Assembly (NCBI GenBank): GCA_951406725.2
Contig: OX597815.1
Coordinates: forward strand, 124,744,001-124,808,000
Direction: 5' to 3'
Source: Octopus vulgaris
Taxonomy: Eukaryota
Length of the DNA stretch: 64,000 nucleotides
The notes beneath the pieces are model-generated. The model saw nothing but the letters and a program-made list of their open reading frames with translations, was not told the DNA's origin and did no database searches. Every line of letters starts with the position of its first letter. Position 1 is the stretch's first letter. Both the position numbers and the translations under genes were made by a program. Positions 1 through 12,190 of this stretch are shown here, one piece after another.

Positions 1-239
1 CACTCTACTTAACTAACTACATTCTTCATTCCATTGTGTAGTCTGATATACCTTTCTATTTCACCGACTTCTCAGTACTTACATTTTATATGAAACTAAA
101 GTTACACATTTCTGTGATTAATGTACTAAAAGAAAATATAAATAAATATTCAGAAAGCTGTTTTACTAAAGAAAGAGGACAAAAGTAAATTTCTTAAGCT
201 TTGGATTTCTGTTTTTTGGGGGGTTTTTTTGTGTGTTTT

Positions 240-930
240 CAGTCCAAATCCAGCCGAAGTCAACTTCACCTTTTACCCTTTCGATGTCAATAAAAAAAAG
301 GTACCAGTCAAATATTAGTCGAGGTATCGACTAATACCTCATCCTCATATATGCTGGCCTTATATCTGAATTAGAAACTATGTATATAGCAATACTAAAG
401 ACGATAAATTGGCTGAATAGTCAAGGTCTTGGTGGAATGGTCTGCGATTAATACGGTTGTTTTCATTCTTAGTTAAAATTCCGTTAATGTAAACTTCACA
501 TTTCATCCACCTGGCGCCTAAAAAAGAAAATTTTCAATTAAGTACTTCACACGTCTTGACTGACTAACTCCACCCCAAGCTTTCTGGAGTTGAGCCTTTA
601 CAAATCACTTTCAGGCGGCTTCTAGCATAGATAAAAAAAAAAGTACTATTCAAGTACTGGTTTTCACATAATCGAGTATATCTTCATAGAACCTTCTAGC
701 GTTATAACTATGTAAGAAATCAAAATATAGCCAGGGTAATGGGGATTCTTTTGCATATGCACACGGATATATATTTAGGGGAAAGGCAAAGTTGATTAAA
801 TCATTTTTAATACATCACTGTTACACGTTGTATCGACTCTTAAAGGATTAAATAAAAGGTGAAAGCTGACGAAATTGAAACTGATAAACGTAAAACGATG
901 TAGATACTAAGTGCTTGATGTTTTCCTGAA
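240..930. mobile_element. Cluster of three degenerate copies of SINE family A (approx. 240-380 +, 410-620 +, 770-930 -)
   Basis: Diverged matches to the core 'aaattccgccgaggtcgactttgcctttcatcctttcggggtcgataaa..agtaccag' seen well preserved at 1801-2025. Confidence 0.65.
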
Positions 931-1180
931 AGTATATCGATACAACCATTAAACACTAATCAGAGTCAATTGTAATTAAGCGGTAGCCAATAAAGTCTCA
1001 ACCATCATGAGATGGAAAACCTGCAAATGTATGATTCATTTGTATATATCTACAAAATAACTGTTTCTCTGATACAACACACACATAAAAAAAAAATTAA
1101 TAAATATACCCTTGAGAAATTTTTGAAGCTATCCTAATTGAAAAAAGTAAAATTACTGATTTGTATACAAGCAATATATA

Positions 1181-1227
1181 GGTATATATACGGTATATAT
1201 ACGGTATATATACGGTATATATACGGT
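1181..1227. repeat. 11-bp minisatellite (GGTATATATAC) x~4
   Basis: Direct reading. Confidence 0.9.
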
Positions 1228-1648
1228 CGAAATATTTCATAACTGGTCAGCTAAATTATCAGTTAACACGTTAGCAATAGAGATTACTATGTATTCGAAA
1301 CAATAGACTATGAATACAAGTATTATGTAGTAGAATCAACAGCAAATGAGAAAATAACAAGTCAGGAAAATGAGTATCAGTATTCTACTTTTAACAATTA
1401 AATGAAAATATGATTTGTATTTTAGGGTAAAAGAAAAAACTATTAATACACTAGATACTATTGATGCGACATAATTCGTTGAACTCTTGGCACACCTCTG
1501 TGCATACACACAGACCCGCACGCACCACATCATATACACACACAAGCACCACATCATACATACATACACACACCACATCATACACACACACACACACACA
1601 CACAAACATTAGTGAAGAAAATTGAAGTATTCCATACCGCTGCATAAT

Positions 1649-1661
1649 TCCTCTATCTATC

Positions 1662-1714
<53 letters not shown>

Positions 1715-1729
1715 CTATCTATCTATCTA

Positions 1730-1778
<49 letters not shown>

Positions 1779-1800
1779 ATATATATATATATATATATAT
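1649..1800. repeat. Compound microsatellite (CT)n/(TCTA)n/(TA)n
   Basis: Direct reading. Confidence 0.95.
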
Positions 1801-2024
1801 TTCTTTACTGCCCACAAGGGGCTAAACATAGAGGGGACAAACAAGGACAGACAAAGGGATTAAGTTGATTACATCAACCCCAGTGCGTAACTGGTACTTA
1901 ATTTATCGACCCCGAAAGAATGAAAGGCAAAGTCGACCTCGGCGGAATTTGAACTCAGAACGTGACGACAGACGAAATACCGCTAAGCATTTCGCCCAGC
2001 GCCCTAACGTTTCTGCCAGCTCGC

Positions 2025-2025
<1 letters not shown>
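1801..2025 (-). mobile_element. SINE family A monomer (tRNA-like head, conserved central domain, tail type A ending ...ccttgtgggcagtaaagaa)
   Basis: Minus strand reads ggcgagctggcagaaacgttag...gttctgagttcaaattccgccgaggtcgactttgcctttcattctttcggggtcgataaattaagtaccag; B-box-like GAGTTCAAATTCC; many copies in the window; central motif resembles Nin/Deu-type SINE domains (from memory). Confidence 0.9.
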
Positions 2026-2101
<76 letters not shown>

Positions 2102-2135
2102 ATTCTATCTATCTATCTATCTATCTATCTATGAT

Positions 2136-2192
<57 letters not shown>

Positions 2193-2216
2193 ATATATAT
2201 ATATATATATATATAG
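2026..2216. repeat. (TCTA)n + (TA)n microsatellite
   Basis: Direct reading. Confidence 0.95.
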
Positions 2217-2469
2217 TGGAAAAGTCTTTTCTGTTGGTAAATTTATTGTACACTGTTGTAAAATGAGTATCAAGTAATGATTGTCTCAAGGTTTGCAACA
2301 TGGAGTTCTGTGTTGTTATTATTCAATTAGCATTGTTAAAACCTTTCGCTAATATAATTCAGTACAAGCAATATTAGGCTTGGATATGTCACGGCCCTAC
2401 ATGCTCATAAGGCCGGAGCCTGCAATATTTTCCACAGCATACATGTCACTGAGGTTACTAGGCCCTAAC

Positions 2470-2600
2470 CTTCATCTGAGTGGATTGGAGGAACGTGAAA
2501 TAGAGTGTTTTGCTCAATGACTCAAAGCGTCGTTCGCCCAGTCTGAACATGAAAACAACGACTTTGCAACTACCCACTATCCTAACCACTGAGCCATATT
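2470..2600 (-). mobile_element. Degenerate tRNA-head SINE (head as at 47688-47975)
   Basis: Minus strand 'tggctcagtggttaggatagtgg...gttcagactgggcgaacgacgc...ttgagcaaaacactctatttcacgttcctccaatccactcag'. Confidence 0.6.
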
Positions 2601-4455
2601 CATTCGCACAAACAATACACGAAAGTGAAGCAAAGTTATTTTTAAAAGTGTTCTTTACACACCGAAATCCGTATGTCTTACCTTTAAGCTAATATATGGT
2701 ACATTATATTTAAAGACAGCGTTACCTAATAGCCTATAATGCCAAATTACCGACACACGCACACACAGCCACTCATAAAACACGTATTATATTGCATATA
2801 ATATGCACAGATACATAAATCTCGGTGTATTTGTTTTTATGCTGAAGTGTATGTTATTCAGTTTTTTTATGAGTAACATTAAGATCGAAAACAAGAAAGA
2901 GGTTTCTTTATTGAAACAATCCAACACTCCCAAATAATAAGAAATATAATACATCAGATACCAAAGTGTGAGTTAGTGTATTTATTTATCGTCGTATGTA
3001 AGTAAGCTACCGCTGTTCAACCATGAGAGTTGATTTTCAATGAAATATAAGAAAAATAATTATTAGGAAAAGCTAAATAAATATAACACGTCGGAAAGAA
3101 ATGATAAAAACTTTATGCAAAGCTAAAAGTTAGAACTAAAGAAAAAGAAGAAATAAAAACAAAACATGAAACTCCAACATTAAAAAAGGCGATTCAACCA
3201 TCCGCCTTTTATGTTGGCACCTGATGATTAATCATTGTCGTTTCATTTTGTATAGTACATATCAACTAAAAACACAAGGTTCTTAGGTACGGCGATCGCA
3301 ATCAACGAATGAATAATGAAGAATATCCTATATTTTAAATATCGTATTTTTATTGATAAAAATCAAAAATGCACTTCGAAAAAACACAAAACTTGTGTCA
3401 TGTCAAGTTCTGCATGCAAGAATATTGTTTATGCTGTTGCGTCCGAGAAGATGGGGTATCACATTTGTAGAAGATGTTCCAAGTTGAAAAGTAGCACAAA
3501 GTGGGTAAGTTTGCCTGGCGAGGGATTTCATTGAACGTTATCTACCAGTTATCAAAGTGGAATTTTATAATCAATGTTTGGTCTAAATTTTCAAAGAGAA
3601 AGACAATGTGTTGTATATGACAGAAACACAGATATAATGTGTCGACTTCAATTGAGGTAAAATTCGTTATATTTTGTGTGGAAATTAAAATGACAAACAA
3701 TAAACAGATGAATTACATTTTTACGAATACTGATTTCAATGATAAGAATTGCAGTGATAGTAGTGTTGAGTATATGGAACTTAAAGAAGCGATCGATGAA
3801 GATGGTAATTTTTAATATGATTTAGAGAAACATTCTATGTTGGTAATTGCTCATGAGACTTAGGAGCGTAATGAAGTCTGTCTTTGTTAAAAGAATGGAG
3901 TAACATTTTTGTTTTAGTATGGTTAAATATTACAAAATCTTGTCGATTGAACGTTTTCATTGATGAAAATAGTAAGTACAACAGGATATATTAATCGTAT
4001 ATATGGTGTGGTTATGTATGTGGTCATATGGTGATGATATGATACCGTGAGGAAAGATGATATGGGTAAGGTGACGTAGATACTTGAGTATGCTGTGCTT
4101 ACGTGAATTTAAAGTAGGTTAAACTCCACTTAAAACACTTTATACAATTATTCACCCCAACAAGTTACATGATCTGTTCTGGTGAATAGATAACTCTTCT
4201 TAAGAATAGTTTCGTTAAATTCTATTGTTATTAATGACATAATATTTTGTGTTTTTTTACAAAACGGAATATTATATGTTTCATGCATTAGCAGCACAAT
4301 TAAAACTATGATGCAACAAAAAAAAAACAATATTTTTTCTTTTTTTCTCTCTACTTACCTTAGTATCTCAGTATCTTTTTACATTCAACTATACCTTAAT
4401 ATCTTTTAACAGTCAATTATACCAATTTCCTCATAATTTTCAGTACAGCTGAAAA

Positions 4456-4960
4456 TCTATATATATAAAACTCTAGTTGTGTGAGTGTCTGTCCCCTTCG
4501 ATTTAGATTCCTAACTCCTCCCACATTTTGCGGTGCAGTTTAACCAAATTCGGGTATCTTATAGTCGTGATTCATATCGAGCCCGTCTGACTATTAGCGC
4601 GCGTCAACGATGAGGCTACGATTTTAAAAATAATTTAACATCATTTTTTATTCCATTTTAATGCATAAAATGCATCGTATGTCGATGGCGGCGGAGTTGG
4701 CGTCCACGCTCACAGCTGCACCTGTTTGCTTCTCCCCCTTCACTCCCTCGTGAAGCTGTGGGGAAGGGAGTGTAAAGAAATCAACGTCGTAATGCGTTGT
4801 GAAGGAAACCAGCGTTCTTTTAGAACAACGACTTCATGGCTTGAAGACACCAAAACAAAAATGGCTAAGAAAGCCCGAATTTATAAGGGAAGTAACTCTC
4901 TAAAAATGCTTATATAGTTATTTCCTTACAAACCCGAGCAACGCCGGGCGATACTGCTAG
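4456..4960 (+). mobile_element. Non-autonomous Helitron
   Basis: 5' TC (tctatatatataaaa), 3' hairpin cccgagcaacgccggg about 8 nt before terminal CTAG, inserted between A and T, no TSD; second copy at 19266. Confidence 0.9.
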
Positions 4961-5459
4961 TTATATATAAAAGAAGGAAAGAGTTGTGTCTACAGTTTGT
5001 GAATATCTTGGGGGAATAGGGTAAAACGTTTGATCTTTTTTTAGTGCGATTAGAATAAAAATTATATAAAATCAAAGTTCAATCGGGTGCTAAAATGTGG
5101 TAGTGACACTCTCGGCAGTTAAAAAGGACTGTTAAATGGTGATTAGGGATTACATATTTTGGTAAAGTAAGAGTTTTCATTAAAATCTTTGATAAATAAA
5201 AGTAAACAAAATCCGTCAAGCAATCAAGCAATAAAAAAAATTATATTTGTAAAATGTTAAACGTAAAATTAAACATTTTGCACATTGTATGAAAGGCGAA
5301 ATTGTTTTAAGGGCAATAATAAATTAATTTTGGGCTAGGGACTGAGCTTGAGGTGCTTCGAGCAGTGGTAGTAGCATCAGCAGCAGTGCCGGTAGTGATA
5401 ATTTATTCACTAGCGGTAATGGTCTGCGATCTAGGTACAAGCCCAGTAATGTTAATGTG

Positions 5460-6030
5460 AGGGATAAGACGACGCCATTCGCTCCTGTATTTAAAAAGTA
5501 CTTTAAAGTTGAACTCGTCAGGACTTGAACTGAGAATGTAAGAAGTCGGAACAAATGTCACGAAGCATTTTCTCCGATGCTCTGACGGTTCTGTCTGTTT
5601 GCTGCCCTATTGCATTGCTAGAATCCCTGTATTCAGAATGCTGAAGCATTTTCAAAAAGAATTGACCACATAATGATACTAACAATGAATTGCAGCTGTG
5701 CTACGTATAAATCGTCTGCACACAAACTGTCAACATTGTATCATAAATGATGTCGTGATTCAGTCTGTAACCGTCAAAATTTCTATCTCGTCAACATCAG
5801 CATCAACTGCAAAAATACTGCACGTGTTGGAGTTTACACCTTCATCCGCTCTTAAAGCATCAGCATAATAAAGAAGATATATCTAGGAATTTCAGCTCTT
5901 TAGCTAATAACCCACAGTACTTGATGGGTACTTGATTTTATTGCACTTGGAGGAATGAAAAGCCAAAACTAACGTCGGTAGCATTTGAACTCAAAACATG
6001 AAGTTCTAACGATTCTACTATCCTACTACC
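5460..6030 (-). mobile_element. Two old degenerate SINE family A copies (approx. 5460-5610 and 5905-6030)
   Basis: Remnants 'ttgaactgagaatgtaag..cacgaagcattt..ctgacggttctg' and 'gaatgaaaagccaaaactaacgtcgg..tttgaactcaaaac'. Confidence 0.55.
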
Positions 6031-7113
6031 CTTGTTATTAGTTTGAAAGATCAACTGGTGCCCAAGACCTTACATAGAAAGTTATATTACTTAGCTGAAG
6101 TTACCGGATCGTTAATCAAGCCTATTTGCAATGGCTAACTCTGTAATTGATCTTTTCTTTTTTTAATATATTTCTTATTTTTAGAGAACAAATAACATCA
6201 AATGAAATGACATTAATGACATAACATAAGAAGAGAAGAAACAGGCAGACAAAAATAATATAGTCTGGAAAAAAGTCCACTCCCTGCATCTTGTTTATTA
6301 TTTGTCGTGGCATTCAGTTCAAAGCAACAATAAAAGGGCCGGCCGTTCGCTTTTTTTCTGTCGCACACACACATACACACATACATATACTCACACACGC
6401 ACATAAACACACACAAACACACACAAACGCTGGTAACGTGGGATACTGAAGTTGTACCTTTAGAAGTCAGAAAGTAATACGAACGGCTATCAAAATTTAT
6501 AAAAGAAAATTTGATACGAAACCGAATTCATGAACAAAGTAAAATGAGCGTCCTTTAGCCATTGTTGTTATCTTCTAATACATCATTATTATCAAAAATT
6601 ACTTACATTAGAACAACGCCACACATCTAAAGGAATATGTAAATTTCATATAAAATACCCGATGGCATATCTCTAAGAAAGAGAAAAAAGCAAAGTTGGC
6701 CCTATTGAGAAAAAACATGGTATTTGATGTGAATCATTTAATTAGTCCAGCACTGTATTGTCGTTGCTATTCCATTCCATTTCTCCAATCGCTGTAGATT
6801 CGCTAGTAAGATGAAATCCCTGCTAGCTATTGTCAGTATATTTATACTACCAACTTGTACACGTGTTGGAGAAAGCTATCAGTGATCGGATGATTATCCT
6901 CGGTTTTCGACGCCGTTCTTTATATAGGCACAAGTGTAATTCTTACCCAAATAAATTGCACTAGTATTCGAGACTCATATGAAGCTATAAGGTGTCATTC
7001 AGGCACTCTGTATCCTATAGCAGAAACAGCTGCAAGCTAATGAAGTTCATAAGACAATAATTTATTCTTTGTCATCTCTCTCTTTCTCATACACACACAC
7101 ACACACACACACC

Positions 7114-7155
<42 letters not shown>

Positions 7156-7157
<2 letters not shown>

Positions 7158-7325
7158 GGTGAAGGCATGGTAAACAATTTGCTTCTAAATTTCGAAACTA
7201 CATGATTCTGGTTTCAGTATCTCTATGTAGTAACTTGTGGTTCTAGTGTTTTCTACGGTAGCCTCGGACAAACCAAAGCCTTGTGCGTGGATTTGGTAGA
7301 GGGGAAACTGAAAGAAGCTTGTGGT
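7156..7325 (+). mobile_element. SINE family B head half
   Basis: 'ggtttcagt...ttctacggtagcctcggacaaaccaaagccttgtgcgtggatttggtagaggggaaactgaaagaagc' matches 10905 and 44128-44292. Confidence 0.8.
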
Positions 7326-7617
7326 ATATATATATAAATGGTTTCAAAATGATATATAATCCTGGCGGTTAGCGTGTTTTCTCTCAAATCGGTTTTCAAT
7401 GCCGGCTAGCCACAGTGAATGTTGGTAACAAGTAGTTAGACTGGTTATCCTCGCTTGGTAAATCCGAGTATCTTTCCGGGACACCGTAGAGTAAATAATA
7501 ATAAAGGTCAGGAAAATGGAGATTTTCTACAACTATATTTTTATTATAATGAAATTATAGATGAAGAAAATTTTCGTTCTCCTGACCTGTATTAATACGA
7601 TATATGTATATATAATA

Positions 7618-7757
<140 letters not shown>

Positions 7758-7798
7758 TGTATGTTTCCGAATTTGTGTAAATGTGTATAGAATAATAC

Positions 7799-8720
7799 AT
7801 CAGTTAAATAAAGTTAAAACATGGTCTGGTTTTCCCGATTTTTTATTATGGTACTTTAAAAGTATAATTTTATTACAATATTGAAGCGTGTTAAACATTT
7901 TAAAAAATGTAATGTTCATAAAGTTCATTTAGCGCTTTCATACGTTCGTAGTAATCATCGGATTTCAAAGTGCAATTAACTGACAGTTGAGTTCTTGACA
8001 ACTGTAGTAAAATGACTGACTACTCCTTTTTTATACCTCTTAGAAGGCTCCAACAAGCCGAAGTTTCGGAATACGGTTTGGGCCAATCCGCATGCAGCTT
8101 AAACGTCACGGTTTGCCGGGCGTACCTACATTACTGGCATAGATCCCGCCATGTAATGGTTTTATGAATGAGCATACTTAGTTTCCAAGAAAGCTTGGAA
8201 GGAAGATAAAAGAAAAATGGTTTATAGAAATGTTCAATCCTGTTCTGAACGGAAATAACAACAATAATATAACAACCAGTTAATGATGTGGATTAAAAAT
8301 GTATTTAACATATGAATAAAAGCAAATTACCGAAGATTCTCACCAAATGAAATAAAGACGATCGAAATCAACTAAGTTTGCTCACTCATAAAACCATTAC
8401 AAGTAAACTGCAAGCTAATTGGTTGGATTAAAGGTGGGATCTATGCCAGTAATATCGGTACGCCCGGCAAACCGTGATGTTTAAGTTGAATGCGGATTGG
8501 TCAAAGCCGTACTCCAAAAATTCAGTCATTTTACAACAGTTATCAAGAACTCAACTGTCAGTTAAATACATTTTGAAATCTGATGTTTACTATGAATGTA
8601 TGAAAGCGCTAATTGAACTTTATGAACATTGCAAACATTTTTTTTAATTGTAAAATTTTTTTTAAATACCATAATAAAAAATGAGAAAACCAGACCATGT
8701 TTTAACTTTATTCAACTGAT
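7799..8720. mobile_element. Foldback/MITE-like element with ~290-350-bp imperfect terminal inverted repeats
   Basis: 7799-8150 is the reverse complement of 8433-8720 (atcagttaaataaagttaaaacatggtctgg / ccagaccatgttttaactttattcaactgat; gtttgccgggcgtacc / ggtacgcccggcaaac). Confidence 0.85.
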
Positions 8721-8796
8721 ATATACATACATATACATATATATATATATATATACACCAAGAGAGAGAGAGAGATGGGGAAGAGATACATATATG

Positions 8797-8839
<43 letters not shown>

Positions 8840-8918
8840 ATAATAAGGGTAGGAAATGTGGAGAAATTTTCTACCGGTGGCCAGCATGCGTAATAAAGTC
8901 AATAGACAATATATTTTT

Positions 8919-9361
8919 TATATAAATTAGTGTACATTTTTATACACAAAAGAGGTGATCTTTAACAGGACACATATTCTGGAAAGGGCAGTTAAATCCC
9001 ACACCACGAATAAGAGTAATTTCAAAAGGAATGAAAAATAAAAGCATTTCAATAGTTACCCTTATACTCGAGTTTCTGCATCAATGTGCAAATAAATTAA
9101 TCTGACATCTGTACTTCTTCAGTAAGGGCGCTAAAATTAATACATATTTATGCAACACTGTGACACACGTATTCTATCCGTATACAGTATAATTTTTCAA
9201 ATCCACCGCGCAAGCGCAGCTACAATCGGCAGCAAATAATAATAATTAAAACAGCGTGCCAATTACTCTTATTCTTGGTTTGGGCTTTAACTGCCTTTTC
9301 CAGTATGTAAGGTATCCTGTTAATGGTCACCTCTTTTGTGTATAAAAACGTACATTTATTC

Positions 9362-9366
<5 letters not shown>
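8919..9366. mobile_element. MITE-like element with ~100-bp TIRs in a TA context
   Basis: 8919-9021 (tgtacatttttatacacaaaagaggtgatc..aataagagtaatt) is inverse to 9261-9366 (aattactcttatt..gtcacctcttttgtgtataaaaacgtaca). Confidence 0.8.
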
Positions 9367-9397
<31 letters not shown>

Positions 9398-9404
9398 ATA
9401 TCTG

Positions 9405-9440
<36 letters not shown>

Positions 9441-9441
<1 letters not shown>

Positions 9442-9850
9442 AATATTATTAGAGACAAAACCACTATTTTGCAAAACAAACAAGGAAAGACTTAATCAAT
9501 ACATAAAATTTTAATAAATAGTCAAAAAACGCACTACAATTGTTTCTTCTTGATCGACAATCTTCAGGTGGATATATCAGTTTCAAATTATGACTTCATA
9601 ATTTGAAACTGATATATTGGAAGTCCACCTGAAGATTGTCGATCAAGACAAGAAACAATTGTAGTGGCGGTTTTTTTGACTATTTATTAAAATTTTATGT
9701 ATTGATTAAGTCTTTCCTTGTTTGTTTTGCAAAATAGTGGTTTTGTCTCTAATAATATTTTATAATATTTTACTATAAAAATTGGATTTAATCCTAAATC
9801 TGATTTTTTCCCTGTAAATTTGGATTTATTCCCTAATATTTATTATATAA
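9441..9850. mobile_element. Snap-back palindrome (arms 9441-9593 / 9596-9760 plus ~90-nt unpaired tail), probable Penelope-like pLTR inversion, in (TA)n
   Basis: Near-perfect inverted repeat with a 2-nt apex; hammerhead motif in each arm; (TA)n on both flanks. Confidence 0.85.
9625..9667 (+). ncRNA. Minimal type I hammerhead ribozyme
   Basis: ccac-CTGAAGA-ttgtc(gatcaa)gacaa-GAAA-caattg-TA-gtgg: stem I ccac/gtgg, 5-bp stem II, palindromic stem III, GUA cleavage triplet. Confidence 0.85.
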
Positions 9851-10079
9851 ATATATATATATATATAAACACGTATATGTTTACACGCTACAGTTAAGCT
9901 TATCAATGGTCCCTATATGACAAGGGCAGGTATGCAAAGAATTTGTTATAGATGTCTTCTGCAAACACGCGCTGTCAACAAGACGTAGGAAGACAATCAA
10001 AATTATTTGATGTTCCTACATAAATAACATTATTCGGCAGTCAATAAAAAATCGGTTTATTTAATTTATTGTATCTAGT

Positions 10080-10300
10080 GTGATGTATCCCAGACTTCTT
10101 AGGTAAAAAGCTAAAAGTTGGATAAAACAGTCAAACGTCCCTGAAATAGTATCTTACCATTCTGTCTTGAAATGAGAAAACACATTAGACAGTGTAGTCT
10201 TAGTTATACCCAAAACGTCGGTTCATCGGTGTCTGGAATGCCTTTCATCACAAGTCTTCTCGGTCGGGGTTGGTAACCTGGAGCTAAACAACAATCAATA
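10080..10300 (+). mobile_element. Degenerate SINE-like family C (other copies approx. 26610-26775 +, 34680-34830 -, 36540-36720 +, 55985-56130 -, 63600-64000 +)
   Basis: Shared tail resembling 'gcctttgatcataggtctgctc..gacctggggctaaacaacaa' and upstream 'ctagaaatagcagccaaat'. Confidence 0.6.
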
Positions 10301-10625
10301 GCCTTGTAAAAAGTTCCCAATGTAGAAATGTAATAGATAAACTCCCGTAGAGATGATAATAGACAGCTCAGTATTTTACATTTCTTATTAAAAGAGCTTT
10401 CCTTTATTCACACTACTAATTACTTTGTCAAAGAGGGAATGTCACAAAGCCCTAGCTTAGTGGTTCTCAGACTGCCAAATATCAGGCTACCTCCGATACC
10501 CAATACGTATATGAGTGTATGAGAGTGCGTGTGTGTATACGAACATATATATTTATATATGTATAATCATATATATAATGTACATATATATACATATATA
10601 TACATACACACACATACACACACAC

Positions 10626-10704
<79 letters not shown>

Positions 10705-10735
10705 CATATATATACATACATACATACACACACAC

Positions 10736-10900
10736 CAGGGATGCTGAAAAGTTTCTGGCTTTAAGGGTATTAGGGAGGGCCTTGTAAGGGGGCCTAACCT
10801 TCCGAGTTCTTTTACAGGGCTTAGAGAAACTGAAGGACCGCTGCAATAATTGTGTGAATTTGAGAGAGGGATATGTTGACAAAAATCATAATAAACTAAT
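10736..10900 (+). mobile_element. Mariner relic (TIR-like start plus transposase C-terminus)
   Basis: 'gggatgctgaaaagtttctggc' terminus; translation GLEKLKDRCNNCVNLR..YV resembles the mariner C-terminal L..RW.KCV...G.YVE motif. Confidence 0.6.
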
Positions 10901-10904
10901 ATAG

Positions 10905-11054
10905 GTATAGTTGCAGGCCTGGCTGCGTGGTAATAAGGGACTAAAGCCATCTGTTCGGGGTTCAGTTCCTGGGGCATGTGTCTTCTACTATAGTCGCAGG
11001 CTGACCAAAGCCTTGTGAATGAATTTGGTAGATGGTAACTGAAAGAAGCCCAAC

Positions 11055-11104
<50 letters not shown>

Positions 11105-11490
11105 CATAAGGGATATATATATACTGTTGCATTTGCCCAGGCACATATCGATATATATATATATATAGCGAACACACGGACATGGTTTCAAATATATATA
11201 AATTATATATATATATATATATATTATATGTATGTCTATATGTATGTATGCATGTATATATATACATTTGTATGTATTACTATGTATATATGTGAGTGTG
11301 CGTGTTTGCGTGTATCTGTGTTTGTCTCCACTACCGGTGTTGGTGGGTATACGATCCCGTAACTTAGCAGTTTGGTGAAAGAGACCGATGGAATAAATAG
11401 TAGGCTTTAAAAAAATTAAATACTGGTGTCGATTCATTCGAAAAATTCTTCAACGCGATGCCCTAGCATAGCCACAGTCTAATGACAGAA
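10905..11490 (+). mobile_element. SINE family B with internal microsatellite
   Basis: Head (tggctgcgtggtaa..gggttcagttcc..gaaagaagcc) 10905-11050, TA-rich spacer, tail (ctgtgtttgtctcc..aacttagcagtttgg..gccctagcatagccacagtctaatgacagaaac) 11310-11490. Confidence 0.8.
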
Positions 11491-11572
11491 ACAATGGGAA
11501 GAGGTAGGGGGAAAAAGTTATGCATATGTATATAATTGTGAAACTGGCTGTTTTTTTTATTAATGAAAAGAC

Positions 11573-11630
11573 AGAATAGTGTTTGCCTCCATAGAATAGT
11601 GTTTGCTTCCATAGAATAATGTTTGCCTTC
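11573..11630. repeat. 20-bp tandem repeat x3 (agaatagtgtttgcctccat)
   Basis: Direct reading. Confidence 0.85.
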
Positions 11631-11659
11631 TTTCTCCACTGCGGTTTTGGACAATTTTA

Positions 11660-12190
11660 TTGGGTTGTCCGGAAAGTCCGTGCCGATTTATAGTAGTTTA
11701 CCTTTCGACTTATTTTAGAACATGGTTGAGTCCACAAAATAGGATTTGACTACACCTCCATTTAGAGCACAGTTTCTTTTCGTGGAAGAAGATTTATGTT
11801 CCTATAACTTGTGTTAATTCTGTAACCCTTTAAAATGGAAGATAAGAAAGTTTATTTTTGGCACTTGATGCTTTGAGAACCAGACAAAAATTGCTGCAGC
11901 TCGGCTGGGATGTGTTACCCCAACCTCCATATTCACCAGATATTGCTTCTTCAGATTTCCACTTATTCAGGTCTCTGGTAAAAATTTCAATTCCTTGGAT
12001 GACGTAAAAAGATACCTTGAATTCTTTGCCATGGAACCACCTCAATTCTGGTATGTTCAAGTTAAAGGAAAGGTGGAGACGCATTGTGTAACAAAATGGT
12101 TTATATTTGGTTGATTAAAATGTAATGGCAAGTATTTATCTACCTTTTTCTTTCCTTTAAAAATCGGCACGAACTTTCCGGATAATCCAA
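11660..12190 (+). mobile_element. Internally deleted mariner transposon with both TIRs and TA target duplication
   Basis: TA|ttgggttgtccggaaagtccgtgccgattt ... aaatcggcacgaactttccggataatccaa|TA; encodes TRQKLLQLGWDVLPQPPYSPDIASSDFHLFRSL (mariner YSPDLAP.D motif). Confidence 0.92.

Noticed and set aside
3316-3534. Cys-containing 72-aa ORF
   Set aside because: No recognisable motif, no clear acceptor, and length within chance expectation
11573-11630. Short direct repeats here and at 63874-63918 as possible CRISPR-like arrays
   Set aside because: Head-to-tail tandem duplications without spacers, in a eukaryotic context with no cas genes
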